A stretch of 64,000 bases of DNA from an uncultured Gemmatimonadales bacterium. Lineage in GTDB: Bacteria; Gemmatimonadota; Gemmatimonadetes; Gemmatimonadales; GWC2-71-9. The stretch lies in assembly GCA_963779755.1 (NCBI GenBank), contig CAVZZO010000001.1, positions 224,001-288,000 of the forward strand, given 5' to 3'. Positions 1 through 9,976 of this stretch are shown here, in pieces. The first letter of the stretch is position 1; each line of letters opens with the position of its first letter. The position numbers and the translations under genes were made by a program. The notes under the pieces were generated by a model. It did no database searches. It had not been told where the DNA came from and was given only the letters and a program-made list of their open reading frames with translations.

Positions 1-251
1 GGCAGGAGGTCCACCGTATCCACCCGCCGGGCCAGCAGCCGGGCCTTGAGGCTCCGCTCGTCGGTTACCTCCGACGACTCCACCCCGGCCTCCAGCCGGA
101 CCGCCCCCCGGCGCAGCGCCCGCAATGCCGAGCGCAGCGCGTCCTTCTGCCCCGGAATCTGCTCCGGCTCGTAGCGCAGCAACTCGACCAGCCGGCCGAA
201 TGGAGCAGCGAAGCCGCTGGACGAGTTGGATACAGGCTGTTGCAGGGACAC
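1..251 (-). CDS. Hypothetical protein, N-terminal part only (runs off the left edge)
   Basis: Open frame from GTG at 251 (VSLQQPVSNSSSGFAAPFGRLVELLRYEPEQ...) to the window edge, with GC-rich third codon positions; divergent from the next gene. Confidence 0.5.
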   Translation of the reverse strand, partial: MSLQQPVSNSSSGFAAPFGRLVELLRYEPEQIPGQKDALRSALRALRRGAVRLEAGVESSEVTDERSLKARLLARRVDTVDLL

Positions 252-404
252 GTGACCGGGAGAGTCGGGAAGATCCGTGGATGTCATGCTCGTCACCGTG
301 CGGACTGTCCCGGGGCCGCAGATTCAGGCCACGCAACGCCGGGAATCGGACCGAACATTGTAACCCGGCAATATCATGCGACGCCAGACGCCCGTGAGGT
401 GCCA

Positions 405-1226
405 ATGATTGCACGACGTACGATTCTTTCCACCCTTGTAGCGGTTCTGCTGCTGCTCCTGTCTGCGCACGGGCTGGGCGCGCAGATGGCCGCCGGCGCG
501 GACGTGGCGCTGCAGAGCCAGAATATCTGGCGGGGGCTCACCTTCACCAATCGGCCGGTGCTGCAGCCCGATGCCTTTCTGGCCTATACCACGGGAAAGA
601 CCACCCTCAGCGCCGGCACCTGGGGCAGCATCGAGCTGGGCCGATATGACGGATCCAGCGACCTGAGCCAGGGTGGAGGACGGTCGGCACTCGACCTGAC
701 CGAACTCAACTGGTGGCTGGAGGGCCGCTATCGGCTGACGCTGTCGGACGTCACCTTCGGCATCACCGGCTATCAGTACCCCAATCCGGCGGGGATGACC
801 AGTGCCGACAACTCGGTCGCACTCTATGCCCGGGTCGAGGCGGTGGATCCCCTCAATCCCCGGTTCGCTCTCTTCTATGACGTGGATGCCTACAATGGCC
901 TCTACGGCGAGGTGGGAATCGGCCACCGGTTTGCGGTCTCCGGCGCCATCGGCATCAACCTGAACGCCCGTGTGGGCCTGGCGACCGGGCTCGATCCGTC
1001 CCCGGGCGATCTCTCGCGCTATGACGAGAACGGCATCACCCATCTCGACTTTTCCGCCTCGACCACCATTCCGGCGGCCGGCATCACCTGGATGCCCATC
1101 GTGCATCTCATCGTCGCCAGCGACCCGCGGGTCCGGATCACCGGCCCCGGCGAGACCAAGCACAACAAGATTCTGGTCGGGCTCCGGGGCAGCTGGTTCC
1201 ACGTCTTCCGGCCGGCAGGCCGCTGA
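405..1226 (+). CDS. Putative outer-membrane beta-barrel protein (TorF/Gcw_chp-like)
   Basis: GAGGT RBS then ATG 405; signal peptide; N-terminal SQNIWRG...PVLQP motif; alternating beta-strand pattern with aromatic residues near the C-terminus. Confidence 0.6.
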   Translation: MIARRTILSTLVAVLLLLLSAHGLGAQMAAGADVALQSQNIWRGLTFTNRPVLQPDAFLAYTTGKTTLSAGTWGSIELGRYDGSSDLSQGGGRSALDLTELNWWLEGRYRLTLSDVTFGITGYQYPNPAGMTSADNSVALYARVEAVDPLNPRFALFYDVDAYNGLYGEVGIGHRFAVSGAIGINLNARVGLATGLDPSPGDLSRYDENGITHLDFSASTTIPAAGITWMPIVHLIVASDPRVRITGPGETKHNKILVGLRGSWFHVFRPAGR

Positions 1227-1232
1227 CGCCGC

Positions 1233-2288
1233 TCAGGCGGCCTTGATCTCGGTCCAGATCCGGTCCCACACCTCGGTGGCCGCACCGAGGTCCTTCTCCC
1301 ATTCCAGCCGCGCCATCTCCTCGGGCGTGGGCAGCGCGACGGGGTTCCGGATCAGCGGCTGCGCCGCCGCATTGGGTGAGCCGAAGCGCGTAGCCTCGGC
1401 GATCCGTGCTGCGACTTCGGGCCGCAGGACATAATCGATGAAGGCGTGCGCCGCCCGCTTGTGAGGAGCGGAGGCCAGCACCACCAGGTTGTCGGTCCCG
1501 ACGATGGCCCCTTCCCGCGGCAACGTCCACTGGATGGCGGGCTGCTGGTCGGCGGCCTGCGCGGTGTCGCCGTTCCAGAGCTGCGCGATCCACACATCCC
1601 CCGCCACCAGCTGGTCCTTGACCGGCGCCGAGACGAAGGCCTTCAGGTTCCGCTTCGCCGCAATGGCGTCCCGCCGTGCCTGGGCCAGTTCCGCGGGATC
1701 GGTGCTGTTGATGGAGTGGCCCCGGTAGCGCAGCATGGCGCCGATCACCTCCCGAACATCGTCCAGCAGGGTGAGCTTTCCCGCCAGGGCCCCATCGAAG
1801 AAGACCTTCAGGCTGTGGGGCGGCGCGGGCACCAGGTCGCGCCGCCAGGCCAGCCCGCTCATGGCCCAGAGCCAGGGCACGGTGTAGCGCTGCCGGGGAT
1901 CGTAGGGCGGGGCGGAGAAGACCGGCGAGAGGTTCTTCCGATTGGGCAGGAGATCCTTCCGCAGCGGCAAGAGCAGATTGCTGTCGGCCAGCACCGGGAC
2001 GATATACCCGGTGGGGACCACCAGATCATACCCGGACGCGCCAGCCTGCAGCTTGGCCAGCATCTCCTCATTGCTCTCGTAGGTATCGTAAGTCACCCGC
2101 ACACCGAATTCCCGCTCGAAATCCGGAATGGTGCTGTCGGCGATATAGTCCGACCAGTTATAAATCGAGAGCCGGTCTTCCATCTGGCCGACGCCCTGCT
2201 CCCGCCGCCTGCCGCAGGCCTGGAGCAGCCCACCCGGTCCCAGCAGGGCCGCCGCGGCCAGCCGGCGCAGCGCCGCGCGGCGGTTCAT
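1233..2288 (-). CDS. potD: Spermidine/putrescine ABC transporter substrate-binding protein (copy 2)
   Basis: IYNWSDYI, YESNEEM, GYDLVVP motifs; RR signal with lipobox LQAC; start overlaps the upstream stop. Confidence 0.88.
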   Translation of the reverse strand: MNRRAALRRLAAAALLGPGGLLQACGRRREQGVGQMEDRLSIYNWSDYIADSTIPDFEREFGVRVTYDTYESNEEMLAKLQAGASGYDLVVPTGYIVPVLADSNLLLPLRKDLLPNRKNLSPVFSAPPYDPRQRYTVPWLWAMSGLAWRRDLVPAPPHSLKVFFDGALAGKLTLLDDVREVIGAMLRYRGHSINSTDPAELAQARRDAIAAKRNLKAFVSAPVKDQLVAGDVWIAQLWNGDTAQAADQQPAIQWTLPREGAIVGTDNLVVLASAPHKRAAHAFIDYVLRPEVAARIAEATRFGSPNAAAQPLIRNPVALPTPEEMARLEWEKDLGAATEVWDRIWTEIKAA

Positions 2289-3340
2289 GCGGCCTTGATC
2301 TCGGTCCAGAGGCGGTCGTAGACCGCCGTGGCGGCGCCCACGTCGGCGAAGTACTCCAGCCGGGCCCGCTCTTCGGCGGTGGGAAGCGGCGCCGGGTGCT
2401 GCAGCAGCGGCCGGGCGGCGCGGTTGGGACTGCCATAGTAGGTGTGGTCGGCGATGGCAGCGGCGACCGGCGGCCGGAGCATGTAGTCGAGGAACGCGCG
2501 GGCCGCCCGGGGGTGCGGCGCCCCGGACAGCAGCACCAGCGAATCCATCCAGATGGCGCTTCCCTCCCGCGGAATGGCATAGCGCAGCGATGGCCGGGCC
2601 TGGCGGCTGGGCGGGTCGACAAAGCCGCTCCACACCTGGGCGACGGCCACGTCGCCACTCACCAGCTGCGACTGCACCGGGATGTTGAGATAGCCCTTGA
2701 GATTGCGCCGGGCGGCAATGGCGTCCTGCCTGGCCTGGTGAAGCACATTGGGCGCGATGCTGTTGAGGGAATGCCCCCGGTACTTCAGCATGGCACCCAG
2801 TACTTCCCGGCCTACGTTCAGCATCGTCATGGCCCCGCGGTGAGCGGGATCGAGAAACACCCCCCAGGTGTCGACCGCCGGCGCCACCGCGCTGTCGTAG
2901 GCGATCCCGGTGGTGCCGAAGAGATAGGGAACCGAATAGGTATTGCCCGGATCGAACGGCGGGTCGAGGTAGGCGGGGTCGAGGTTGCTCCAGTTCTCCA
3001 GGCTGTCGTGATCGACCGGCGCCAGCTTCCCCAGCTTCTGGAGGACCGTCACGGTAGAATTGCTGGGCACCACGATGTCATAACCCGAGGCGCCGCCCTG
3101 CAATTTCCCCAGCAGCTCCTCGTTGCTCTGGTAGATGTCGTAGTTGACCTTGACCCCGAACTCCCGCTCGAAATTCGGGATGGTATCGTCCGCGACGTAG
3201 TCCCACCAGTTGAACACGTTGAGCTCGCCCTCGAGCCGCCCGGCCTTGCCGGCGCGGTCCGGCCGGCCGCAGCCCGTCGACAGGCCTGCCACCGCCGCCC
3301 CCAGGGCGGAAGCCTGGCGCAGAAATTCCCGGCGCCTCAT
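2285..3340 (-). CDS. potD: Spermidine/putrescine ABC transporter substrate-binding protein (copy 1)
   Basis: MRRREFL Tat-type signal plus STGC; FNWWDYV, YQSNEEL, GYDIVVPS motifs. Confidence 0.88.
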   Translation of the reverse strand: MRRREFLRQASALGAAVAGLSTGCGRPDRAGKAGRLEGELNVFNWWDYVADDTIPNFEREFGVKVNYDIYQSNEELLGKLQGGASGYDIVVPSNSTVTVLQKLGKLAPVDHDSLENWSNLDPAYLDPPFDPGNTYSVPYLFGTTGIAYDSAVAPAVDTWGVFLDPAHRGAMTMLNVGREVLGAMLKYRGHSLNSIAPNVLHQARQDAIAARRNLKGYLNIPVQSQLVSGDVAVAQVWSGFVDPPSRQARPSLRYAIPREGSAIWMDSLVLLSGAPHPRAARAFLDYMLRPPVAAAIADHTYYGSPNRAARPLLQHPAPLPTAEERARLEYFADVGAATAVYDRLWTEIKAA

Positions 3341-4128
3341 GCCCGCCGGTCGGCCGCCGCCGGCCGCCGCCGGACCAGCCGGTCGGCGGCCAGAATGGTC
3401 AGCGTGGTGATCACCAGGATGATCGTGCTGATGGCATTGATGCTGGGCTCGATGCTCTTCCGGACCATGGAATAGACCAGCAGCGGAAGGGTGGTGGAAC
3501 CGACGCCGGCCACGAAAAAAGTGATGACAAAATCGTCGAAGCTGAGCGTGAAGGCGAGGAGCGCGGCCGCCAGAATGCCGGGCCAGAGCTGCGGTAGCGT
3601 CACCCGGCGGAAGGTGGTGAGCTCGTCGGCGCCGAGGTTCAGGGCCGCCTCCTCCAGCGTGCGGTCCATCCCCTGCAGGCGGGCCCGGACCACCACGATC
3701 ACGAACGACAGATTGAACGCCACATGCGCCACGATGATGGTGCCCAGGCCCAGCACCACGCCGGCGGCGGCGAAAAACACCAGCAGCGAGATCCCCACCA
3801 CGATCTCCGGCGTGACCATGGGAAGATAGAGCAGGCCCTCCAGCAGGGTACGGCCCCGGAAACGGAACCGGCCCAGCGCGACGGCGACCAGCGTTCCCAG
3901 CACCGTGGCAGTGATGGTGGACACCACCGCCACGATGAGACTGGCCTGCAGCGCGCGCAGAATGTCGGGGCGCTCCAGCAGCCGCCGGTACCACCCCAGG
4001 GTGAAACCGGTCCAGCTCGAGGTGAAGCGCGAGGCGTTGAACGAGAACACCACCAGCACCAGCACCGGCAGGTGCAGCAGCAGGTAGCAGACGGCGACGA
4101 ACGCCACCAGGGGCCGCGGCAGGCGCAT
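3337..4128 (-). CDS. potC: Polyamine ABC transporter permease
   Basis: VFSFN, LEEAALNLGA (EAA loop), SFDDFVITFF, TTLP motifs. Confidence 0.9.
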   Translation of the reverse strand: MRLPRPLVAFVAVCYLLLHLPVLVLVVFSFNASRFTSSWTGFTLGWYRRLLERPDILRALQASLIVAVVSTITATVLGTLVAVALGRFRFRGRTLLEGLLYLPMVTPEIVVGISLLVFFAAAGVVLGLGTIIVAHVAFNLSFVIVVVRARLQGMDRTLEEAALNLGADELTTFRRVTLPQLWPGILAAALLAFTLSFDDFVITFFVAGVGSTTLPLLVYSMVRKSIEPSINAISTIILVITTLTILAADRLVRRRPAAADRRA

Positions 4129-5009
4129 CAGGCCTCCTCCGCCAGGGGGCCGCCCCGCCGGCGCAGATAGACCAGCACCACCAGCAGCACGCACGCCATC
4201 AGCACGAACGACGCCGCGGAGCCGAACGGCCAGTTGCGCGCGGCAGTGAACTGATTCTGCACCAGGTTGCCGATCATCACCTGCTTGGCGCCGCCCAGCA
4301 GATCCGGCGTGAGAAACGCCCCCAGCGCCGGGATGAACACCAGCAGGCAGCCCGCAACGACGCCCGGGAGCGACAAGGGCAGCGTCACCCGGAGGAAGCG
4401 CGCTGCCGGCCGCGCCCCCAGCCCCGCCGCCGCCTCCAGCAGGGCGGGATCCAGCTTCTCCAGCGAGGCGTAGACCGGCAGCACCATGAACGGCAGATAA
4501 CCGTAAACCAGCCCCGCCAGCACCGCGCCCGGAGTGTAGAGCAGCGTCAGGGGCTCGGCAATGAAATGCAGGCGGAGCAGCCAGGCATTGATGAGGCCGG
4601 AGTCGCGCAGCAGGAAGATCAGGGCGTAGGTCCGCACCAGGAAGCTGGTCCAGAAGGGGAGCACCACCAGAAAGAGCAGCAGATGCTTCCAGCGCGGGCT
4701 CCGGGCGATGACATACGCCATGGGATACCCCACCAGCAGGCACAGCAGGGTGCAGGAGATGGCCAGCAGCGCGGTCTGGAGCAGGATTCTGAGGTAGAGC
4801 GGTTCGAAAAACCGGCGATAATGCTGCAGGGTGAAGCCGGGTTCCACTCCGCCGTAGATACCCCGTTGCATCATGCTGTAGGCGAACATGATGAGCATGG
4901 GCACGGCGAAGAATACCAGCAGCCAGAATACGCCGGGGCCCAGCAGGGCCGTGGCCGATGCCCCCGGGCGGCGGGCGAGCCAGCCCAGCAGCCGGCGGCG
5001 GACGCTCAC
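4128..5009 (-). CDS. potB: Polyamine ABC transporter permease
   Basis: LPFWTSFLVRTYA, YLPFMVLPVY, LLEAAAGLGA, NWPFGSA motifs. Confidence 0.9.
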   Translation of the reverse strand: MSVRRRLLGWLARRPGASATALLGPGVFWLLVFFAVPMLIMFAYSMMQRGIYGGVEPGFTLQHYRRFFEPLYLRILLQTALLAISCTLLCLLVGYPMAYVIARSPRWKHLLLFLVVLPFWTSFLVRTYALIFLLRDSGLINAWLLRLHFIAEPLTLLYTPGAVLAGLVYGYLPFMVLPVYASLEKLDPALLEAAAGLGARPAARFLRVTLPLSLPGVVAGCLLVFIPALGAFLTPDLLGGAKQVMIGNLVQNQFTAARNWPFGSAASFVLMACVLLVVLVYLRRRGGPLAEEA

Positions 5010-6142
5010 GCCCGGGCCTCCGCCACAGGCAGCACCCGCCCATCCTCGGGACGCCAGATCACCTCTACCGGCTGGCCCGCCGTCCAGACGACGGGCGGGC
5101 GGCTGCCGTCGTTCCGCAGCGCCACAGTGACCTCGCCGCCCGCCCCGAGCCGCACCTGCACCTGGACCGTGCTGCCGTGGTAGAACACCTCCGACACCAC
5201 GCCCGCCAGCCGGTTCGCGCCGGTGCCCGCCTCCCCCGCCCCCAGTTCCATCCGCTCGGGGCGCACCACCACCTCCACCGCCGTCCCCGGCGGAATCGGC
5301 TTAGCCGAGCCGACCTCGAAACTGTGCCCGTCCGCCAGCGCGACCGTGAGCCGGCCCCCCGAGGCCGCGGAGACCCGGCCCGTCAGCAGGTTGGACGCGC
5401 CGATGAACGAGGCGACGAAGGACGACCGCGGACGCTCGTAGATCTCGGCCGGCGTACCGATCTGGGCTACCCGCGATCGTTCCATGACGGCAATGCGATC
5501 CGACATGGCCAGCGCTTCGTCCTGATCGTGCGTGACATAGATGAATGTGATGCCCAGCTCGCGGTTCAGCGCCCGTAGCTCCCCTTGCATGTCCTTCCGC
5601 AACCGGAGGTCGAGGGCTCCCAGCGGCTCGTCCAGCAGGAGGATGGCCGGCTCCAGCACCAGGGCCCGGGCCAGCGCCACCCGCTGCCGCTGCCCGCCGG
5701 AGAGCCGGAGCGGCATCCGGCGGGCAAAATCCGCCGGATTCAGCCGGACCGTGACCAGCGCCTGCTCGACCCGGTCACGGATTGCCGGTCGGGGCACCCG
5801 GCGCTGCTCCAGCCCGAAGGCGATGTTCCGCTCCACCGAGAGGTGGGGGAAGAGGGCATAGCTCTGAAAGACCATGGCGACGTCGCGCTCGTAGGGGCGC
5901 CGCCCGTTTACCACCTCGCCGCCGATCAGGACCCGGCCCCCGTCCGGATCGGGGTCCTCAAAGCCCGCCAGCAGGCGCAGCGTCGTGGTCTTGCCGCAGC
6001 CGGAAGGGCCCAGGATGGAGAAAAACTCGCCGCGCCGCACCGCGAAGGAGACCCCCTCCACCGCCTTGCCGCCGCCGAAGGTCTTGCTCACCCGCCGGAA
6101 CTCGGCGACGATATCGGGATCTTGAGGGGGAGGGAGTGACAA
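5006..6142 (-). CDS. potA: Polyamine ABC transporter ATP-binding protein
   Basis: GPSGCGKTT, LSGGQRQR, LLLDEP, VTHDQ; TOBE-like C-terminus; TTG start at 6142 after GGAGG. Confidence 0.88.
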   Translation of the reverse strand: MSLPPPQDPDIVAEFRRVSKTFGGGKAVEGVSFAVRRGEFFSILGPSGCGKTTTLRLLAGFEDPDPDGGRVLIGGEVVNGRRPYERDVAMVFQSYALFPHLSVERNIAFGLEQRRVPRPAIRDRVEQALVTVRLNPADFARRMPLRLSGGQRQRVALARALVLEPAILLLDEPLGALDLRLRKDMQGELRALNRELGITFIYVTHDQDEALAMSDRIAVMERSRVAQIGTPAEIYERPRSSFVASFIGASNLLTGRVSAASGGRLTVALADGHSFEVGSAKPIPPGTAVEVVVRPERMELGAGEAGTGANRLAGVVSEVFYHGSTVQVQVRLGAGGEVTVALRNDGSRPPVVWTAGQPVEVIWRPEDGRVLPVAEARA

Positions 6143-6376
6143 ACCGGCTCCTCCGGAGCTTGAGCGGCAGCGCGACGGGGCGGGGGACGGGCGCGACGGC
6201 GAAACGTAGGCCGCTCCCCGCGCCGCTGTCGAGGGATCCCCGCTTGACAGACCGGGGCGATGACCACAGCCTATTCCATCGTTTGCGGCGGCCGGCGGAG
6301 CGGCCGCCGCCTGGAGCAGGGTCGGGCCGGCCGTCGCCGTCCCCAGACACGCGTACAACAGCCGGAGCACGGAACG

Positions 6377-6613
6377 ATGGTATACATCTACAACTCCACC
6401 ACCGGCGACGAGATCGCCGAGATCACCGAAACGCAGCTGCAGGACCTGGTGGCGGAGCTGGAACTGGATCCCCTGGAAGAGGAAGAATACTCGCTGGACC
6501 CCGAGGCGCTGTCCGTCCTGGAGGACGACGGCCTCGACCCCGAGTTGGTGGAGGCACTGCGGCACGCCATGGGCGAGCAGGAAGAGCTGGAGATTCGCTG
6601 GTCCCGCCTCTAA
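6377..6613 (+). CDS. Small acidic hypothetical protein (78 aa)
   Basis: GGAG upstream of ATG 6377; strong codon bias; very Glu/Asp-rich; followed by a hairpin. Confidence 0.75.
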   Translation: MVYIYNSTTGDEIAEITETQLQDLVAELELDPLEEEEYSLDPEALSVLEDDGLDPELVEALRHAMGEQEELEIRWSRL

Positions 6614-6615
6614 GT

Positions 6616-6655
6616 AAAACGGCGGTGAGCGGGGCGCCCGCCCCGCTCACCGCCG
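6616..6655. terminator. Intrinsic terminator hairpin between convergent genes
   Basis: CGGCGGTGAGCGGGGCG-CC-CGCCCCGCTCACCGCCG perfect inverted repeat; AAAA on the left gives a U-tract for the minus-strand (hsp20) transcript. Confidence 0.8.
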
Positions 6656-6676
6656 CCCGGCCGGAACCAGACCGGA

Positions 6677-7111
6677 TTACTTCACGTTCACGGGAATCTC
6701 CCGCGGACGGGCGCGCTCCGACTTGGGAAGCGTCACGGTCAGCAGACCGTTGTCGTAGCCGGCCTGGATGTTCTCGGCATCCACCGTGCTGGGCAGCGTA
6801 AAGCGCCGTTCGAAGTTGCCGTACGAACGCTCATAGCGATGCACCCGCTCCGTCTTCTCCTCCGCCTCCTGCCGCTTCTCGCCCCGGATCGTCAGCGTGT
6901 TGTTCTCCAGGGAAATCTTCACGTCCTTCGGATTCACGCCGGGTAGCTCCAGTACCAGCTTGAGCTGGTTCTGATCCTCGAAGATGTCGCACGCCGGCGT
7001 CCAGCCGCTGGTCAGCTCGCCCTCCTGGAAGGGCTGCCACGCATCCTCCAGCATCCGGTTCAGTCTGCGCAGCCCCCACAGCTCGGGAGCCCGCCGGGTC
7101 AGGCCGTTCAT
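6677..7111 (-). CDS. Hsp20/alpha-crystallin small heat shock protein
   Basis: WTPACDIFE, LELPGV, ERSYGNFERRFTLP, YDNGLLTVTLPK and C-terminal IPV motif; AGGAGG RBS. Confidence 0.93.
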   Translation of the reverse strand: MNGLTRRAPELWGLRRLNRMLEDAWQPFQEGELTSGWTPACDIFEDQNQLKLVLELPGVNPKDVKISLENNTLTIRGEKRQEAEEKTERVHRYERSYGNFERRFTLPSTVDAENIQAGYDNGLLTVTLPKSERARPREIPVNVK

Positions 7112-7180
7112 GAGTTTTTCCTCCTTCTGAATACGGTACACATCGGGCCAAGGCTCGCCTGCCCACCCGGCGGCCTTACA

Positions 7181-7197
7181 GGCACCCGGCGTGCCAC
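7181..7197 (-). promoter_or_regulatory. Candidate sigma-54 (-24/-12) promoter for hsp20
   Basis: Minus strand TGGCACGCCGGGTGCC has TGGCAC and the GG-N10-GC spacing, about 70 bp upstream of the ATG. Confidence 0.5.
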
Positions 7198-7275
7198 CGT
7201 AGCGGCCCGTCCGTCGGCCACTCTGACATCCGGCTTGCCACTTTTGCCGAAGATCTGCCCGCCCGGCAACCCCGG

Positions 7276-8724
7276 TCAGGAGCGGCCCGCCACTTCGGCC
7301 TCGGGGAATTCGACCGGGTAGCCGTTCCGTTCCCAGGCGGCGAAACCGCCCAGCAGATTCACCACGTTGCGATAGCCCCGGGCCTGGAGCAGGCTGGCGG
7401 CGATATGTGACCGGCTCCCGCTCTGGCACTGCAGGACCACCGTCCCCTCCCGGGGAATCTCCGTGAGCCGGTCGGTCAGGTAGCCCAGCGGGATGTGGCG
7501 GGCCCCGGGAAGGTGGCCACTCCGCCATTCCGTTTCGCCCCGGACATCGACGATGGTGACCGCCTCCCGCGGCTGTTCTCTGAGCTCCGCCGGGCCAGTC
7601 TGATGCAGCGTATCGAAAGCCCGACCCTGTTCCTGCCATACGCCCAGCGCTCCGCTGCCGAAGTAGCCGGCAATGCGGTCGAGCCCGATCAGGGCCAGAT
7701 CACGGATGGCCCCGTCCAGCGCGTCGTGTCGCCGGCTGTCGACCAGGAGATAGACGTCACGGTCGTAGGCCAGGAGCCATCCGGCCCAAGTGGTGAAGCT
7801 CCGGTCGAAGGGAATGCTGATGGTGCCCGGAACATGAGCGGCCGCGTAATCCGCCCCGTCCCGGGTGTCGACGACCACCGCCCCTTCCGCGATGAGCCGG
7901 TCCAGCCGGTCGTCGGGCATGCGGGGCGGCGGATGGATCCCGCCCAGCGGCCGCGGGCCGTCGCGGTTGATGCGCTTCATCGTGGCGAAGTAGCGCGGCG
8001 GCTCGGGCTGGCCTTCCAGCACCCGGCGAACGAAGGTCTCCTCGTCCATCGGCTGGAGCGCCCAGTTGAAGAGCCGCTCGTACCCCAGGGTCGACTGGGG
8101 CATGGTGCTCATGCCCTTGCCGCAGGCGGATCCGGCGCCGTGGCCGGGCCAGACCTGCAGATAGTCCGGCAATTCCTTCAGCCGCCCCAGGCTGTGAAAG
8201 AGAAGCCGGGCCGCCACGTCGGCGGAGCCGGCTATTCTGGCGGCCTTCTCCAGCAGATCCGGCCGGCCCACGTCCCGCGCGAAGAGAAAATCTCCGGACA
8301 GGAGGCCCATGGGGCGGTCGCCGGCCGCCCGGTCGGTCACCAGAAAGACGACATGCTCCGGTGTATGCCCGGGCGTGTGGAGCGCCTGGAACGCCACGTT
8401 GCCGATGCGGAAGCCGAAGCCGTCGCTCAGCAGGATAGCGCCGGATTCGGCGGCAAAGCCGTATTCCCAGCCGGGGCCGCCCAGCCCCGACAGGTAGAGC
8501 GTTGCACCGGTGCGCTGGGCCAGCTCCCGACTGCCGGACACGAAGTCCGCGTGGATGTGGGTCTCCGTCACCGCGGTGATCTTGAGTCCCCGGGCCTCGG
8601 CCGCTTCCAGGTACTGGTCGATATCCCGGTTGGGATCCACCACGACCGCCTCCCCGCAGGCCGCGCATCCGACCAGGTAGCTCGCCTGCGCCAGGCTCTC
8701 GTCGTAGATGCGGTCGAAAATCAT
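7276..8724 (-). CDS. MBL-fold persulfide dioxygenase-like protein fused to two rhodanese domains (CstB/Blh-like)
   Basis: ETHIHADF, TPGHTPEH, GDFLF..DVGRPDL, WPGHGAGSACGK; C-terminal rhodanese with active-site loop CQSGSRS. Confidence 0.88.
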   Translation of the reverse strand: MIFDRIYDESLAQASYLVGCAACGEAVVVDPNRDIDQYLEAAEARGLKITAVTETHIHADFVSGSRELAQRTGATLYLSGLGGPGWEYGFAAESGAILLSDGFGFRIGNVAFQALHTPGHTPEHVVFLVTDRAAGDRPMGLLSGDFLFARDVGRPDLLEKAARIAGSADVAARLLFHSLGRLKELPDYLQVWPGHGAGSACGKGMSTMPQSTLGYERLFNWALQPMDEETFVRRVLEGQPEPPRYFATMKRINRDGPRPLGGIHPPPRMPDDRLDRLIAEGAVVVDTRDGADYAAAHVPGTISIPFDRSFTTWAGWLLAYDRDVYLLVDSRRHDALDGAIRDLALIGLDRIAGYFGSGALGVWQEQGRAFDTLHQTGPAELREQPREAVTIVDVRGETEWRSGHLPGARHIPLGYLTDRLTEIPREGTVVLQCQSGSRSHIAASLLQARGYRNVVNLLGGFAAWERNGYPVEFPEAEVAGRS

Positions 8725-8728
8725 GCGC

Positions 8729-9532
8729 TCATTCTCCCGTTTCCGCCGCCGGCGCCGGGCCGGCATGGCGTTCTGGTTTGACCCTGCCCTTGACCAGCAC
8801 AAAGATGCCCATGACGATCAGGAAGACGGCAAATCCGCGCCGGAGCTGGTCCTGGGAGATGTATCGCACCATCCAGGTACCCAGTGCCACGCCGACAAAG
8901 GCTACCAGGCTGAACTCGCCCAGGAGCATCCAGTCCATTGGCACCCGGCCCAGATAGCCCGCCACCCCCGACGCGCAGTTCAGCGCGATCACGATGAGCG
9001 AAGTGCCGACCGCCTGCTTCATGGGGAGCGCCGCCAGCAGCACCAGCGCCGGCACGATCAGAAAACCGCCGCCCACTCCGAGCAGGCCGGTGAGGACGCC
9101 CACCCCGGCACCCACCAGCGCCACCGTGGCCGCGCCCTTCCCCCGTTCACCCTCCCCGGCCATTCGGGCGGCAATCGAGCGGGCGCCGGTAAACATGAAG
9201 ACCGCCGCCGCCAGCATGATGATGGCGAACAGGGCCAGCTGGAGGGACTCGCCCACATGAAGCGCCAGGCGCGCACCGAAGAAAGTGCCGATCATGGCGA
9301 CCGGGGTAAAGACCACCGCCGCGCGGAGATTGGTGTTGCCCGCTCTCCAGTGCCCCACCGCCCCCACCGCGCTGGTGAGGCCCACTACCACCAGGCTCAT
9401 GGCGATGGACTCCCTCACCCCGTAGCGCAGGACATAGACGAAGATCGGCACCGTCAGGATGGAGCCGCCGCCTCCCAGAATGCCGAGCGAGAGGCCGATA
9501 AGCACGGCGAGCGCGAGTCCGAGCAGGAGCAT
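8729..9532 (-). CDS. TauE/SafE family sulfite exporter
   Basis: [14 protein letters not shown] and [13 protein letters not shown] repeats, AVGTSL, about 8 TM helices. Confidence 0.88.
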   Translation of the reverse strand: MLLLGLALAVLIGLSLGILGGGGSILTVPIFVYVLRYGVRESIAMSLVVVGLTSAVGAVGHWRAGNTNLRAAVVFTPVAMIGTFFGARLALHVGESLQLALFAIIMLAAAVFMFTGARSIAARMAGEGERGKGAATVALVGAGVGVLTGLLGVGGGFLIVPALVLLAALPMKQAVGTSLIVIALNCASGVAGYLGRVPMDWMLLGEFSLVAFVGVALGTWMVRYISQDQLRRGFAVFLIVMGIFVLVKGRVKPERHAGPAPAAETGE

Positions 9533-9596
9533 GGCGGCCGGGGGAAAGGGGATGCCTGAAGGGAAGCAGGAGAGGCCCGCGGGGACAACTGCCCGC

Positions 9597-9626
9597 TTGT
9601 CAACCAATCAACCATGTAGTTATATT
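9597..9626 (+). promoter_or_regulatory. Candidate sigma-70 promoter and operator of the ArsR gene
   Basis: TTGTCA-N18-TATATT; contains CATGTAGTTATAT, nearly identical to the motif at 16236-16248. Confidence 0.5.
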
Positions 9627-9651
9627 TACGAGGTACCCCCGGGGAGCCGGC

Positions 9652-9972
9652 ATGCGACAGTTCAATGACGATACCGCCGATCTGGTCGCCGAGCGCTTTC
9701 AGGCGCTGGCCGAGCCCATGCGGCTCCGCCTGCTGAACGCGCTGCGGGGCGGCGAACGCACGGTGGGCGAGCTGGTCGAACGGGTGGAAGCCGGCCAGGC
9801 AAACGTCTCCAAACACCTGCAACTCCTCTTCCGCCACGGATTTGTAGAGCGCAGGAAAGAAGGCGTCAACACGTTCTATCGTATCGCCGATCCCAAGGTG
9901 TTCGAGCTGTGCGACCTGGTCTGCGGCGGGCTGCAGAAGGAGCTGGACCAGAAGCGGAAACTGTTCCGGTAG
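9652..9972 (+). CDS. ArsR/SmtB family transcriptional regulator
   Basis: FQALAEPMRLRLL, QANVSKHL, RRKEG..FYRI; C-terminal CDLVC. Confidence 0.92.
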   Translation: MRQFNDDTADLVAERFQALAEPMRLRLLNALRGGERTVGELVERVEAGQANVSKHLQLLFRHGFVERRKEGVNTFYRIADPKVFELCDLVCGGLQKELDQKRKLFR

Positions 9973-9976
9973 GACC

